Below, in pieces: positions 1 to 9,213 of a stretch of DNA of 64,000 nt. Made by a program: the position numbers and the translations under genes. Position 1 is the stretch's first letter, and every line of letters begins with the position of its first letter. Source of the DNA: a virus (lineage: Duplodnaviria; Caudoviricetes); the IMG/VR virus record IMGVR_UViG_3300010352_001543; one strand, 5' to 3'. The notes under the pieces are model-generated. The model did not search any database. It saw nothing but the letters and a program-made list of their open reading frames with translations, and was not told the DNA's origin.

Positions 1-1195
1 CCTCTCCACTAACATAAAGTATTTCGTATTTGTCAGTTGGAAGTTCTTGTTTCAGTTGTTCATATATTTCTTTTCCATACCGGCCGACCACATCTTGAAA
101 AAGGACCATTGCATTTTTATCAAATGACTTTACTAAATTAATAATGAATTGTTTTCTTAAAGCATTAGTGGTAACAATTTTCTTTTCATACCTTAGGACT
201 TTTCCGTTATCAACTTTCTTATCGAAAGTCAGCTCCATTAACTGTTCTTTGATATCTTCATCCAAATATTTTAAATATATTTGAACAATTTTTACATCAG
301 AAGCAAAATTATTAGCTATTAATTCTTTTGGTTTGACACTGATGATTAGAGGGCCTAAATATGCTTGAAGAGTGAAAGAAGCTGCATCATTTTTTTCTAT
401 TAAAGTCGTCCCAGAAAGACCACAACGAATAACTGCGTTATCGCACTTACTTAATATATCCTTAACTGATACGGTATCTACCCCATGACACTCATCCGCG
501 CATACGACACTAACTCTGGACAATATTGAATTATCGAATGTTCTGAGTGTTTGAAATGTTCCAATAATAACATCTGAATTGTAATCTATAACATTTTCAC
601 CACCACCTATAGTCTGAATACTGAAATCTAATTTTTTCTTGTAGTTAGAATACTTTAAAAACGCCTCGTATGTTTGAAGAACTAAACTGATGTTAGGAAC
701 GATGACCAAAAACTGGCCTTTTAAATATCCTTTTGCTTTTAAAAATGCAAATAGGTTAAATAGTATCAGGGTCTTTCCGGCTGAAGTAGCAAGCTCTGCA
801 ATTGAACGTTTCCACTTCAAGAAATTAACAACAGTATCCGTCTGATAATATCTAAGCTTCATTTCACTGTCTTTATAAAACTCTGTTTCCCATTCAATGT
901 ATTCAGAAGGATCAAAATCTTTCAATCCCAAATAGTCGGATAGTCCGGTAACCACTAAATCGAAATCATATTTTTTACACATATTATAAAGTTCTTTCCA
1001 TAAACCTATGGAAAGACGATGTTTCCTATCATCAAAAAAAGTAATTGATCCATCCCATATACCCCGTTTGAATAGTGGGTGATATCTATATCCTTTCGCT
1101 TTTCTTTTAAAGTAAACTAATAATTGTTCTAATTCAGCTTCAGTAGAGGAAACAAGTTTCAAATTTTTAAAATCAGATGTTACTGTAAATTTCAA
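1..1195 (-). CDS. uvsW: UvsW-like SF2 DNA helicase (runs off the left edge; not in the ORF track)
   Basis: Manual translation from TTG at 1195: ...KGYRYHPLFKRGIWDGSITFF..., Walker A LATSAGKT, DECH box near 487-498. Confidence 0.9.
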   Translation of the reverse strand, partial: MKFTVTSDFKNLKLVSSTEAELEQLLVYFKRKAKGYRYHPLFKRGIWDGSITFFDDRKHRLSIGLWKELYNMCKKYDFDLVVTGLSDYLGLKDFDPSEYIEWETEFYKDSEMKLRYYQTDTVVNFLKWKRSIAELATSAGKTLILFNLFAFLKAKGYLKGQFLVIVPNISLVLQTYEAFLKYSNYKKKLDFSIQTIGGGENVIDYNSDVIIGTFQTLRTFDNSILSRVSVVCADECHGVDTVSVKDILSKCDNAVIRCGLSGTTLIEKNDAASFTLQAYLGPLIISVKPKELIANNFASDVKIVQIYLKYLDEDIKEQLMELTFDKKVDNGKVLRYEKKIVTTNALRKQFIINLVKSFDKNAMVLFQDVVGRYGKEIYEQLKQELPTDKYEILYVSGE

Positions 1196-1197
1196 TA

Positions 1198-1779
1198 TTA
1201 CATTCCATTTATAATTTTTTGCATTTCGATTATGTGTTTTAAACTCCATAAAATATTATCAATGCCTTTTATGGTACCTTCTAAGTAATCTTTCTGGGCT
1301 ACCAATATGTCATTGATCTGTTTTAATTTTCCGGTTTTTGCGTTTAAACTAATATCGAAATCTATTTTATTTTTTAGGTATATTTGATTATCAGCTTTAC
1401 CTGTCTTCAATTTAATATACTCACTTTCTTTTTTACTGGAAGTCTTCTGTTCATTACCAGCAATAAGTTTTTGTATATTAAATTTTTCTTCTAATAATCG
1501 TTGACGGAGGCCATGACAAAGTACAGATACTTCAACAAATTCTTTGAAGTCTCTCATCTTTTTTCGGATGATGGATAGTTCCTCTTTTATATCATCTCTT
1601 CTGATTTGGAACTTTTCTGTTATTAATTCACATCCATCTTTTTTATCAGTCTCGGTTTCCGAATTTTTATCCAAAAGTTCCTTGCTTGATTCTGCTTTCA
1701 TATTAAACACTTTATCTACATTAAAATCCTCAGAAGATAGATTTTTTAGAAGATCTTTTTTCTTTTGTTCGGTTGGCAT
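1198..1779 (-). CDS. uvsY: UvsY-like recombination mediator
   Basis: C-terminus DYLEGTIKGIDNILWSLKHIIEMQKIING resembles the UvsY C-terminal helix; adjacent to uvsW as in T4-like phages. Confidence 0.6.
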   Translation of the reverse strand: MPTEQKKKDLLKNLSSEDFNVDKVFNMKAESSKELLDKNSETETDKKDGCELITEKFQIRRDDIKEELSIIRKKMRDFKEFVEVSVLCHGLRQRLLEEKFNIQKLIAGNEQKTSSKKESEYIKLKTGKADNQIYLKNKIDFDISLNAKTGKLKQINDILVAQKDYLEGTIKGIDNILWSLKHIIEMQKIINGM

Positions 1780-1993
1780 TTTCTTTTCGTTGCTTTTGTA
1801 AATCTACATAAATTGTTTTATTTGTTTCGCAATCAGCTGCATATTTGACTTCGCCTACATCAAATAACTCTTCATCCATTAAAATATCTTCTAAATTATC
1901 TATAGTTGAATCAAATTTAAAGGCGTAGTGCTTGTATTCTCTGATCAACTGATCAGGAGGAACATCATATAGAGAGTATATCGAATTTGTCAT
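1730..1993 (-). CDS. hypothetical protein
   Basis: 87-aa ORF overlapping both neighbours on the same strand. Confidence 0.5.
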   Translation of the reverse strand: MTNSIYSLYDVPPDQLIREYKHYAFKFDSTIDNLEDILMDEELFDVGEVKYAADCETNKTIYVDLQKQRKENANRTKEKRSSKKSIF

Positions 1994-3200
1994 CAGAGAA
2001 ATAGTTATTTAATTTTTGTAGTTTGAAATTTTTATCCGCTTTCAAAATATCAGTTAAATCTTTAATATTTTTCTTTTTTCTTAGTAAGTATTCATGGTCT
2101 TCCAGAAACTTGGTCCAAAGAAAAATAGAATCACCTGCTTGTAATCGTTGTATTGAATTTTTAATACCGGTAGCATCATTATCCAAAAAATATCGTTTGT
2201 TCTCCAACATGATAGGTATTGATTTATTAGCTCCCATCATCGCCACTGAATTTGGAAAAAGTAAAGCATCCATGTTACCCTCGAATATGGTAACTGTCTT
2301 GGAAAAGTCAATATGATAAAGATTGAATATACTTGACAGTTTCATTAGAAGGTCTAATTCAGATTCCTTAGTTTTTTCCTCATCCATCTTGTAATCTAAT
2401 AAGTCAATATTTTTTTCAACCTTATTATGTAAATCAAATACTATTTCCATATCATCACATAAATCTTGAAATGTATGAATTATATACTTTCCATATTTTT
2501 TTATATTGACAGACTCTAAATTTCTAACTATATATGAAATCAGATGATTATCATCAGCTAAATTTAAAATATATATTTGTTTAAAATATTCATTGTATAG
2601 AAAATGATTGAATTTGGTTTGGTTCCGCTTTCTTAAATAATTTTCAATTGAGCTGCCTTTGGCTTCAACCAATTTTAATTTATTCTTAAAATCTTCCCGG
2701 TCAATAAAGTAAGGTTCGAATTTAGATAAACAAAGTTGATCCTCAAAATATTCCTCCATAAAAGTTCTAAGCCTTGAAATATTGCTTTCAACTATACTCA
2801 GATTATAAATGTCATTGGTTTCCAAATTTAGAAATTCCATCATGAACTTCTTTAAACCCATCACCGGTGTTCCACAATTGAAACACTTAAAATGCAAATC
2901 TTTGAAGAATATATTACCTCTCTTCTTATATGGATTCGTTTGAGAGTCTCCACAGAACGGGCAAGCAAAATTCAATCTTTTTTCAGATGGCTCAATTTGA
3001 GATTTAGGAGAGTTAGGCCCGAATATTTTATTGAGAATTTCTTGTAGCTTAGGTACAATAAAAGTTCTGATTAATTCTTTGACTTCTTCATCAGAAATTT
3101 CTTTAGCGGTTTTTATTCCACCGTCTGAGCTACCTTCAATATCCTTGATAGTATCTAATAAAAATATATCATCTAAATTAAACGTCATTTTCACCTTCAA
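1965..3200 (-). CDS. DNA primase (T4 gp61-like)
   Basis: Zn ribbon CPFCGDS...KKRG...CFNCG; TOPRIM motifs FEGNMD and LDND. Confidence 0.9.
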   Translation of the reverse strand: MKVKMTFNLDDIFLLDTIKDIEGSSDGGIKTAKEISDEEVKELIRTFIVPKLQEILNKIFGPNSPKSQIEPSEKRLNFACPFCGDSQTNPYKKRGNIFFKDLHFKCFNCGTPVMGLKKFMMEFLNLETNDIYNLSIVESNISRLRTFMEEYFEDQLCLSKFEPYFIDREDFKNKLKLVEAKGSSIENYLRKRNQTKFNHFLYNEYFKQIYILNLADDNHLISYIVRNLESVNIKKYGKYIIHTFQDLCDDMEIVFDLHNKVEKNIDLLDYKMDEEKTKESELDLLMKLSSIFNLYHIDFSKTVTIFEGNMDALLFPNSVAMMGANKSIPIMLENKRYFLDNDATGIKNSIQRLQAGDSIFLWTKFLEDHEYLLRKKKNIKDLTDILKADKNFKLQKLNNYFSDDKFDILSI

Positions 3201-3208
3201 TTAAAAAA

Positions 3209-3246
3209 TGGAGCGGTTCATTCCATTTAAGCATGAACCTACTCCA
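3209..3246 (-). terminator. probable intrinsic terminator after the SSB gene
   Basis: Imperfect stem tggagcggttcat/atgaacctactcca followed by a T-run on the minus strand. Confidence 0.5.
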
Positions 3247-3271
3247 CTACATGTATAAGATTTTTTAAATA

Positions 3272-4390
3272 CTATAATTTGAAGAAGTCATCATCAATGA
3301 TATCGTCATCATCTTCATCCGATTCATACGATTCATCGTCATCTTCATCAACAATTGGAGCAGGAGCTGGTTTTGCTTTAGTCTTGGTTTTGACCGGTTC
3401 AGCTTTCGTAGTTTTCGTAGTTTTCTTTTCTGAAGTCAAGAATGTTTCCAACTCGTCATCTTCTTCCAACTCTTCAGTAATTGTCTTAGCAACAGTTGTT
3501 CTTGGTTTAGAAGCAGTTGTGGTTGAGTTACTATGACTGATGGTGTTTCCACCTCCGCTACTTTCGAATACTTCAGGAAATTTTCTTTTCAACTTGTCTA
3601 ATAGTTGATGGCTACTTAAATGTGAGGTAATCACATCAGCAACAAATTTATTAGTAGCAGCATCCCAAGGTTTGTACTGATGTACATCAATGTCCGGTGT
3701 ATTTTCTACTAAATAATCTTTAACTTCTTGTGGTTTGTTTTTGAATAGAACTTCTTTACCATCAATCATCAAACCTGGTAAAACTTTTGCAGAGAATTGT
3801 GATTTATCATAATTTGGAAACTGTCCGTCTTGTACTATTGTCAGATAAAACAAATAACCGTTAATGATATCGAATGGATTATGTTCTTCAATTTCAGGAT
3901 TAGAAGGTTTCATTATTTCATGAATCTTGTCATATATCTTTTTACCGAATTGATAAATCATAATTTTACCTTCAAGTTCAGGTTGTTGTTTATCTTTAAC
4001 AACTTGTACTAAAGCATAATAAACATCACGTCTTTTAAATTCTTTTGAAAGATGTTTGTCCGGAGCATAGTCTGAATTATATAGGCCGAAGAAGGCGTCT
4101 TGTAAAACAGAAGGTTCGTCTTTTGCAATTGTTGTTGGGCAAGCAATTGATCTTTGTTCATCGGTGTCTGCATTTTTTAGAAATACTTCATATTTCTTGA
4201 TCCAAAGACGAGAAGGATCTTTGTAGTAAGGTAAGAATTTTAGGACTGAAGTGTAATTTGTTACACCAGAACCTTTGAGGGATGGACGGTATATGTTGGT
4301 TGTTCTTTTTCCACCGTCTGCAACTAATAGTTGTTCTAAATCAAGACCACTATTGAAAGCGGTTGAGTCAAATAATGAATCTAAGTTCAT
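3272..4390 (-). CDS. single-stranded DNA-binding protein (gp32-like)
   Basis: LKFLP, EGKIMIYQFGKKIYDKI, NPFD..G..F.L, FPNYDKSQF motifs; long acidic C-terminal tail. Confidence 0.9.
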   Translation of the reverse strand: MNLDSLFDSTAFNSGLDLEQLLVADGGKRTTNIYRPSLKGSGVTNYTSVLKFLPYYKDPSRLWIKKYEVFLKNADTDEQRSIACPTTIAKDEPSVLQDAFFGLYNSDYAPDKHLSKEFKRRDVYYALVQVVKDKQQPELEGKIMIYQFGKKIYDKIHEIMKPSNPEIEEHNPFDIINGYLFYLTIVQDGQFPNYDKSQFSAKVLPGLMIDGKEVLFKNKPQEVKDYLVENTPDIDVHQYKPWDAATNKFVADVITSHLSSHQLLDKLKRKFPEVFESSGGGNTISHSNSTTTASKPRTTVAKTITEELEEDDELETFLTSEKKTTKTTKAEPVKTKTKAKPAPAPIVDEDDDESYESDEDDDDIIDDDFFKL

Positions 4391-4514
4391 AATATAATTC
4401 CTTTTATTTTAAGATTTTGTAAATTGTTTGAGTTTTTCGTTTTAAATTTTGTGACACTATGGTCATTATTGTTAAGTTTGAATTGTTATCAATTTGTAAA
4501 CTTTCTATGTTATA

Positions 4515-4542
4515 TTTTACTATTAAAAGAACTGTTTTTAAA
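4515..4542 (-). promoter_or_regulatory. bipartite promoter-like motif TTTAAAAA-N14-GTAAAA upstream of SSB
   Basis: Same boxes and spacing at five intergenic sites. Confidence 0.7.
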
Positions 4543-4576
4543 GCAACTTTTGCTTATAATGTATATATTAGTTGCT

Positions 4577-5713
4577 TTATTTTAGGTAACGATAATCACC
4601 GACTATGTGACTCGGAAAATTGTTTTTTGTGTCGCTTTTATTTCTGAATTGTAACTGAAATTTTAAATGTTCTGTTAGTATTTCTATTGTAACCCTTTTG
4701 CCCTTTCCGGTCTTCCCACCATAATAAATTTTATATGATTGTATGTTAGCATACTCTCTCATTTTTTCTTCATCCATCTGATAAATAATAGCATGAGAAG
4801 GATTCAACCGGTGTGCCATAATATAATTATAACCAATACCGGACATTAAAAAATCTTCCATCTTAGTTTTATCATATTCTACGTTTTCATCAACACTTGC
4901 TAAATCATCATTGATAAAAGTTTCGAAATTTCTAAAAATAAAAACAAATTTATTAGTGTCAATACTGAAGAATTTTAGTAGATTTATAGTGTCTTTGTTT
5001 TTTTCGAACTCATCTATATTGAAAGGTATCTCACTTTGAAGAGCAGAAAATAATTTCTGTATTCCAGAATTAAACATAGCAGTGGTCTCACCAAACTTCA
5101 ATGATATGTTATGTTCCTTGTCTTCACATTTTATAACAATATCTGCTATCAAAGAACCTATGTTTTGTTCATTTTTTCCAATAATAATACTATCATCTTT
5201 TATTTGTATTGGCCTATTCGAATTTTTGTTTCCGGTTGCTATTATTTCAGATTTCATAAAATTTTCTAATCCTACTATATTAAGAATTCCAGCTATCATG
5301 TCCGGGTAGCATAACATATCCCATTCAATTTTCTGATTCCGAATACCGTTCAGATCATCAAATATAACTTTCTCGAAAACGTTTCCTTTGTTATATTTTC
5401 CTTTACCTTTTCGGGAGCCGTCACCGAATCTTATTATTATATTATTATAATGTAATTTTAATGATTTAGTAAATGTTGTTTTAGTACATCCTTTTAAAAA
5501 ATCATTGAATGTAGGAGTATCTAATTCTCTTATAATATTAACATTTTTTGGTTTTTCTTTATCTAAGGACAAAGGACGTTCACATTCAATGTCCTTGTAA
5601 TCCATCCAGTATTGAATACAATTCCAAATGAATTTAATATCTTTATTAATTTCTTCATTGTCTGAAAAATTATCTATTTGTGTAGTATTTAATGGTAAAT
5701 AATCAAATGCCAT
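4577..5713 (-). CDS. putative PD-(D/E)xK nuclease-fold protein
   Basis: GNVFE...IADIVIK...NISLKFG fits a restriction-endonuclease-like E..D..(S)xK arrangement. Confidence 0.45.
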   Translation of the reverse strand: MAFDYLPLNTTQIDNFSDNEEINKDIKFIWNCIQYWMDYKDIECERPLSLDKEKPKNVNIIRELDTPTFNDFLKGCTKTTFTKSLKLHYNNIIIRFGDGSRKGKGKYNKGNVFEKVIFDDLNGIRNQKIEWDMLCYPDMIAGILNIVGLENFMKSEIIATGNKNSNRPIQIKDDSIIIGKNEQNIGSLIADIVIKCEDKEHNISLKFGETTAMFNSGIQKLFSALQSEIPFNIDEFEKNKDTINLLKFFSIDTNKFVFIFRNFETFINDDLASVDENVEYDKTKMEDFLMSGIGYNYIMAHRLNPSHAIIYQMDEEKMREYANIQSYKIYYGGKTGKGKRVTIEILTEHLKFQLQFRNKSDTKNNFPSHIVGDYRYLK

Positions 5714-5715
5714 TT

Positions 5716-6399
5716 TTATTTTTCCTTCTTTTTCTTGGCAGTCTTTTTGACTTTGGTTTGTTTTTTGGTTATTAATTCAAAGCTATTTGAAATCCAGTAG
5801 CTATCGACTATATCGTCCAGCGGTTTGGCTATAGCTTTTGCTTTACTATTGTCTAAGTAATTTTGGATGAGCATTTTTAGTTCGGAGTCTTTTGATTTTT
5901 CTAAAAAGAATCTAAGCATTTCTTCTTTGTCTGCACTACCGTTACCGGCTAACTTTTTAACTGTTTTGGGAGATACCACATGAACATTTAAATCATTATC
6001 TATGAAATGACCTCTCATATAATAATTGGAACCGGCAAATTGGTATAGTTTGGAAGAAGAAGACATAAAGGAGAATCCTTCAAAAATCACATCTGATATT
6101 CCATTCATATGTTCTTTGAAGTTACTGAAAGCAAAACGAGTGTTTTCAAGTATAGACTTAGTCTCCGATGTCTCAGAAGATTCATCGATTATAGGTGTTA
6201 TGTAAATTTCTACATTCGGAAGTTGATTTAATTGATCGATTAATTTTTTGGTCTTAGTATTATCACTTCCGACCAAATGAGCGGAAATAAAAACTATATA
6301 ATAATAATCGTCAATACTTTTATGAAAACAAAAACAAGGGCAGTTCAATGAGTAATCTACCCCTATGACAGGAACGAATTCGTTATCCTTGTTGCTCAT
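5716..6399 (-). CDS. RuvC-like Holliday junction resolvase
   Basis: IGVDYS, VIFEG, VSPKTVKKLAGNGSADKEEM and DDIVDS catalytic pattern. Confidence 0.8.
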   Translation of the reverse strand: MSNKDNEFVPVIGVDYSLNCPCFCFHKSIDDYYYIVFISAHLVGSDNTKTKKLIDQLNQLPNVEIYITPIIDESSETSETKSILENTRFAFSNFKEHMNGISDVIFEGFSFMSSSSKLYQFAGSNYYMRGHFIDNDLNVHVVSPKTVKKLAGNGSADKEEMLRFFLEKSKDSELKMLIQNYLDNSKAKAIAKPLDDIVDSYWISNSFELITKKQTKVKKTAKKKKEK

Positions 6400-8065
6400 T
6401 CATGTTTAATTCATTTTGAATTTCCTCAACATACTTATGTAAGTACTTGGGAAATGATAGGTCGATATATTCTTGGTCATCAACGAAAATTGCTTTTCTT
6501 AATTTTGATGCCGATATATCTTCAACTTCTCTTTGAATATAAAACAAAGAGGAGTATCTTATTTCTTTATTTTTTGTTATAAAATCAAATTGCTTTTCAT
6601 AAAAAGTTTTTCTGTCTTCTCCGCAACCGATTAGAACTGGTTCAAAATTCATATATCTCATTTTTTGAATACCTTTCCCAATTAACGGAGTGTCTATAAA
6701 AACATAACCCGATATTAACTTTTCTTTTTTTACTAATGTATCCAGTATTTTTATCGTAAGTTTATCAGAAAGTATTGGTCTTTCTCTCCGGACCACAATC
6801 AAGAAAGTAGGTAATCCATTCTGTTCATACATTTTTTCAGCTACCTTTAAATGGCCATTAGAAAATGGCTGGAACTTGCCCATCATAACATTTGTTGTTT
6901 TTTCACCAACCTCAAACTTCGGGTAATCATATTCAAGTAATAAATCATCCATTTGTTGTCTAATGAGTTTTAGAATAGGAAATCGCTCAATAACGTTTTT
7001 AGAATCCGAATTCAATGTCATTATGAAATTGATAAATGCAGCTTGTACATTTGGATATTCATCTAAAGTTCTAGCTAATCTCGGAGGTGCTAATCTTTCA
7101 TTTAAAAAATTTAGTCGTCTCTTTAGATAATCCGGCAGTTCATTATAGATATCATTATTTAAACATAAATTTTCAATGTAACTGAAATTCAGAAACATAT
7201 ATGATATAATATCTATTTTTTTGATTGTATCATATTCAATAATAAATTTGTTTATTCCATTCATTAACATGTACTCAAAAATATCGAGAAGAAATCTATC
7301 GGTGGCTTTCATTTCTTTCTTCCATCCATTAGCCGGATTTTTCTTTTTATCTATAATTTCTTCTGTGAAGGTTGGATCAACTATTTTAGCAACAAAAGGT
7401 TTGTCTTTTCCCTTAAATGAAAACACCAAGCCCTCTATCGGAGAAGACAATTCATTTTGTAAATAAGATTTTTCTAATTCTGGGTTTAAAATATTATAGA
7501 TATAGCGGGTGAATCTTTCTTTTCTGAATTTCTTCTGGAGAACTGTTTCATCGGTTGACAGGAATTTCAAAAGTTTATCTTTTTGTTCGGTTGATAATTT
7601 GCCTTGAAATACTAAGGGAAGTGGGGAAAGGTTCAAGAGTGATATATAAGATTGAATTAAGTTAATATCATCCACTCTTACTTTGTCTATATAGACAGTA
7701 TGTAATACTATTTTATTTTTCGGTTCTCTATGGTAGGCAATCAGGTTTGGCTGATAGTAGTCCACGTATTCAAATTCAAACCTTATGTTATTTGGAAGTT
7801 GATCAGTGATAGTAAAATAAATGTTTTGAAAAAATAGTATGAGTGGTTCATATTCACCGGAAATCAACCTACTGAGATTGTTAATTTCTTTTGCATTTCT
7901 GCCTTTGTAAAATTTCCAATTGTTATTCGTCCATTCAGCAACGAATGTGGTTCCATCTATTTTTTCAGTTACTATGACTTCACTATCAAATAAATCGTCA
8001 ATAAAATCTTGTTTCTTTTTCGATAAACTCTTATAAAAATGATTCATCTTAAATATTCCTTTCAA
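6383..8065 (-). CDS. fusion of an RNA-ligase-like domain and a cytidylyltransferase-like (HxGH) domain
   Basis: N-terminal VTEKIDG (motif I), FEFEY, IEGLVF, AKIV; C-terminal GKFQPFSNGH...GEDR...ISASKLR. True start may be the ATG at 8047. Confidence 0.7.
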   Translation of the reverse strand: MKGIFKMNHFYKSLSKKKQDFIDDLFDSEVIVTEKIDGTTFVAEWTNNNWKFYKGRNAKEINNLSRLISGEYEPLILFFQNIYFTITDQLPNNIRFEFEYVDYYQPNLIAYHREPKNKIVLHTVYIDKVRVDDINLIQSYISLLNLSPLPLVFQGKLSTEQKDKLLKFLSTDETVLQKKFRKERFTRYIYNILNPELEKSYLQNELSSPIEGLVFSFKGKDKPFVAKIVDPTFTEEIIDKKKNPANGWKKEMKATDRFLLDIFEYMLMNGINKFIIEYDTIKKIDIISYMFLNFSYIENLCLNNDIYNELPDYLKRRLNFLNERLAPPRLARTLDEYPNVQAAFINFIMTLNSDSKNVIERFPILKLIRQQMDDLLLEYDYPKFEVGEKTTNVMMGKFQPFSNGHLKVAEKMYEQNGLPTFLIVVRRERPILSDKLTIKILDTLVKKEKLISGYVFIDTPLIGKGIQKMRYMNFEPVLIGCGEDRKTFYEKQFDFITKNKEIRYSSLFYIQREVEDISASKLRKAIFVDDQEYIDLSFPKYLHKYVEEIQNELNMNEQQG

Positions 8066-8096
8066 AGATATATAAATATGCTAATAAAACAAATAG

Positions 8097-8174
8097 AAAT
8101 CGAGTCTACTGTGTTTTACTACTCTATTTTATACGAAATATAAATAAAGATTTAAAACACAGTAGACTCGATTT
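8097..8174. repeat. perfect 22-bp inverted repeat with a 34-bp spacer
   Basis: aaatcgagtctactgtgtttta (8097-8118) and taaaacacagtagactcgattt (8153-8174). Confidence 0.95.
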
Positions 8175-8196
8175 ATGAAAGAAATTTTAATTATTT

Positions 8197-8760
8197 CTAT
8201 TTTTCGAAGTGTCTTTTCAGTTCAACTGTTTCATAGGCCAATTGTATGTCAAAACTTCTGAATTCTGGCATGTTGGATGAGAAGCTAAGTTCAAGGGAAC
8301 TCAACCCAAAAAAGACAATATTTTTATAAACAATTGACATGACTATTTGACCTTCAGAGTTCAATAAATGTAACATTAAATCCGGTAGATACGCCTTTCC
8401 GTTTTTTTCCAAATCACCTGTAGTATCATAATACCTTTCCAGCTGATCTTTCATGATAAAGTAATTCAAATAATTTTCAGTACATCTAAAACTTAATGTC
8501 AGTTCCCTGGTATAACCTCTATTAGCTTCCCATCCTGATCGAAAGGATGGGATACTATTTTTAAAGGTCTGTTCTACTTTATCCAGTGCCATATCCGGCC
8601 AACTAATGGACTGAACAGTTGAATTTATAAAATCGATCACTGTAGCATAAGGTATCAATTCTGATTTCAGAAAAGGCAGATATCTATCAGTTATGGATTT
8701 ATAAATCCAGTCATTCGGTAGAGCAATAGAGAAATTATTAAACTTTGAATTTAGTAACAT
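8197..8760 (-). CDS. tail tube terminator / tube-fold protein (gp3-like)
   Basis: VQSISWP, ELTLSF..ENYLNY, LHLLNS, LSSLELSF..F...L.Y pattern of the gp3/gp19 family. Confidence 0.6.
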   Translation of the reverse strand: MLLNSKFNNFSIALPNDWIYKSITDRYLPFLKSELIPYATVIDFINSTVQSISWPDMALDKVEQTFKNSIPSFRSGWEANRGYTRELTLSFRCTENYLNYFIMKDQLERYYDTTGDLEKNGKAYLPDLMLHLLNSEGQIVMSIVYKNIVFFGLSSLELSFSSNMPEFRSFDIQLAYETVELKRHFEK

Positions 8761-8763
8761 AGT

Positions 8764-9189
8764 TTATGCTATTGTGTAATCATCATCCATTTCAATGTAT
8801 ACTTCTGGATTTTCTAAATCTTCAACTGGTTCATTGATCATTTCTTTGATCCATTCTACCATTTCTGCTATTGCATATCTTTGGAATAATTTACTGATAT
8901 CACCGGCTGTAGAATCTTCAGGTGAATGATAAGTAATTCTATAGGTTAATTTTTTAATGGACTCAACTGAAAAAATATTTCCTTCACCTGATTTGGAGTA
9001 AGTATATACACCTTCTTTTTTCATACTCCAATCACCACGAGTGAATTCTTTTTCAAGTGCTTCTATAACTACATCGTTTGCATTCGCATCGATATATTGA
9101 ACATCTAAATTGGATGCTAAAGATGGATCTATACTTTCTTCTTCGTTTAGTTTCAAGAACCCATCATAATCTAAGATTTGGTTTTTCAT
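8764..9189 (-). CDS. hypothetical protein, possible internal head protein
   Basis: N-terminus ILDYDGFLKLNEE resembles T4-type capsid-targeting leaders. Confidence 0.5.
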   Translation of the reverse strand: MKNQILDYDGFLKLNEEESIDPSLASNLDVQYIDANANDVVIEALEKEFTRGDWSMKKEGVYTYSKSGEGNIFSVESIKKLTYRITYHSPEDSTAGDISKLFQRYAIAEMVEWIKEMINEPVEDLENPEVYIEMDDDYTIA

Positions 9190-9213
9190 TTTCTTTTTTA
9201 TTTATTTTATTTA

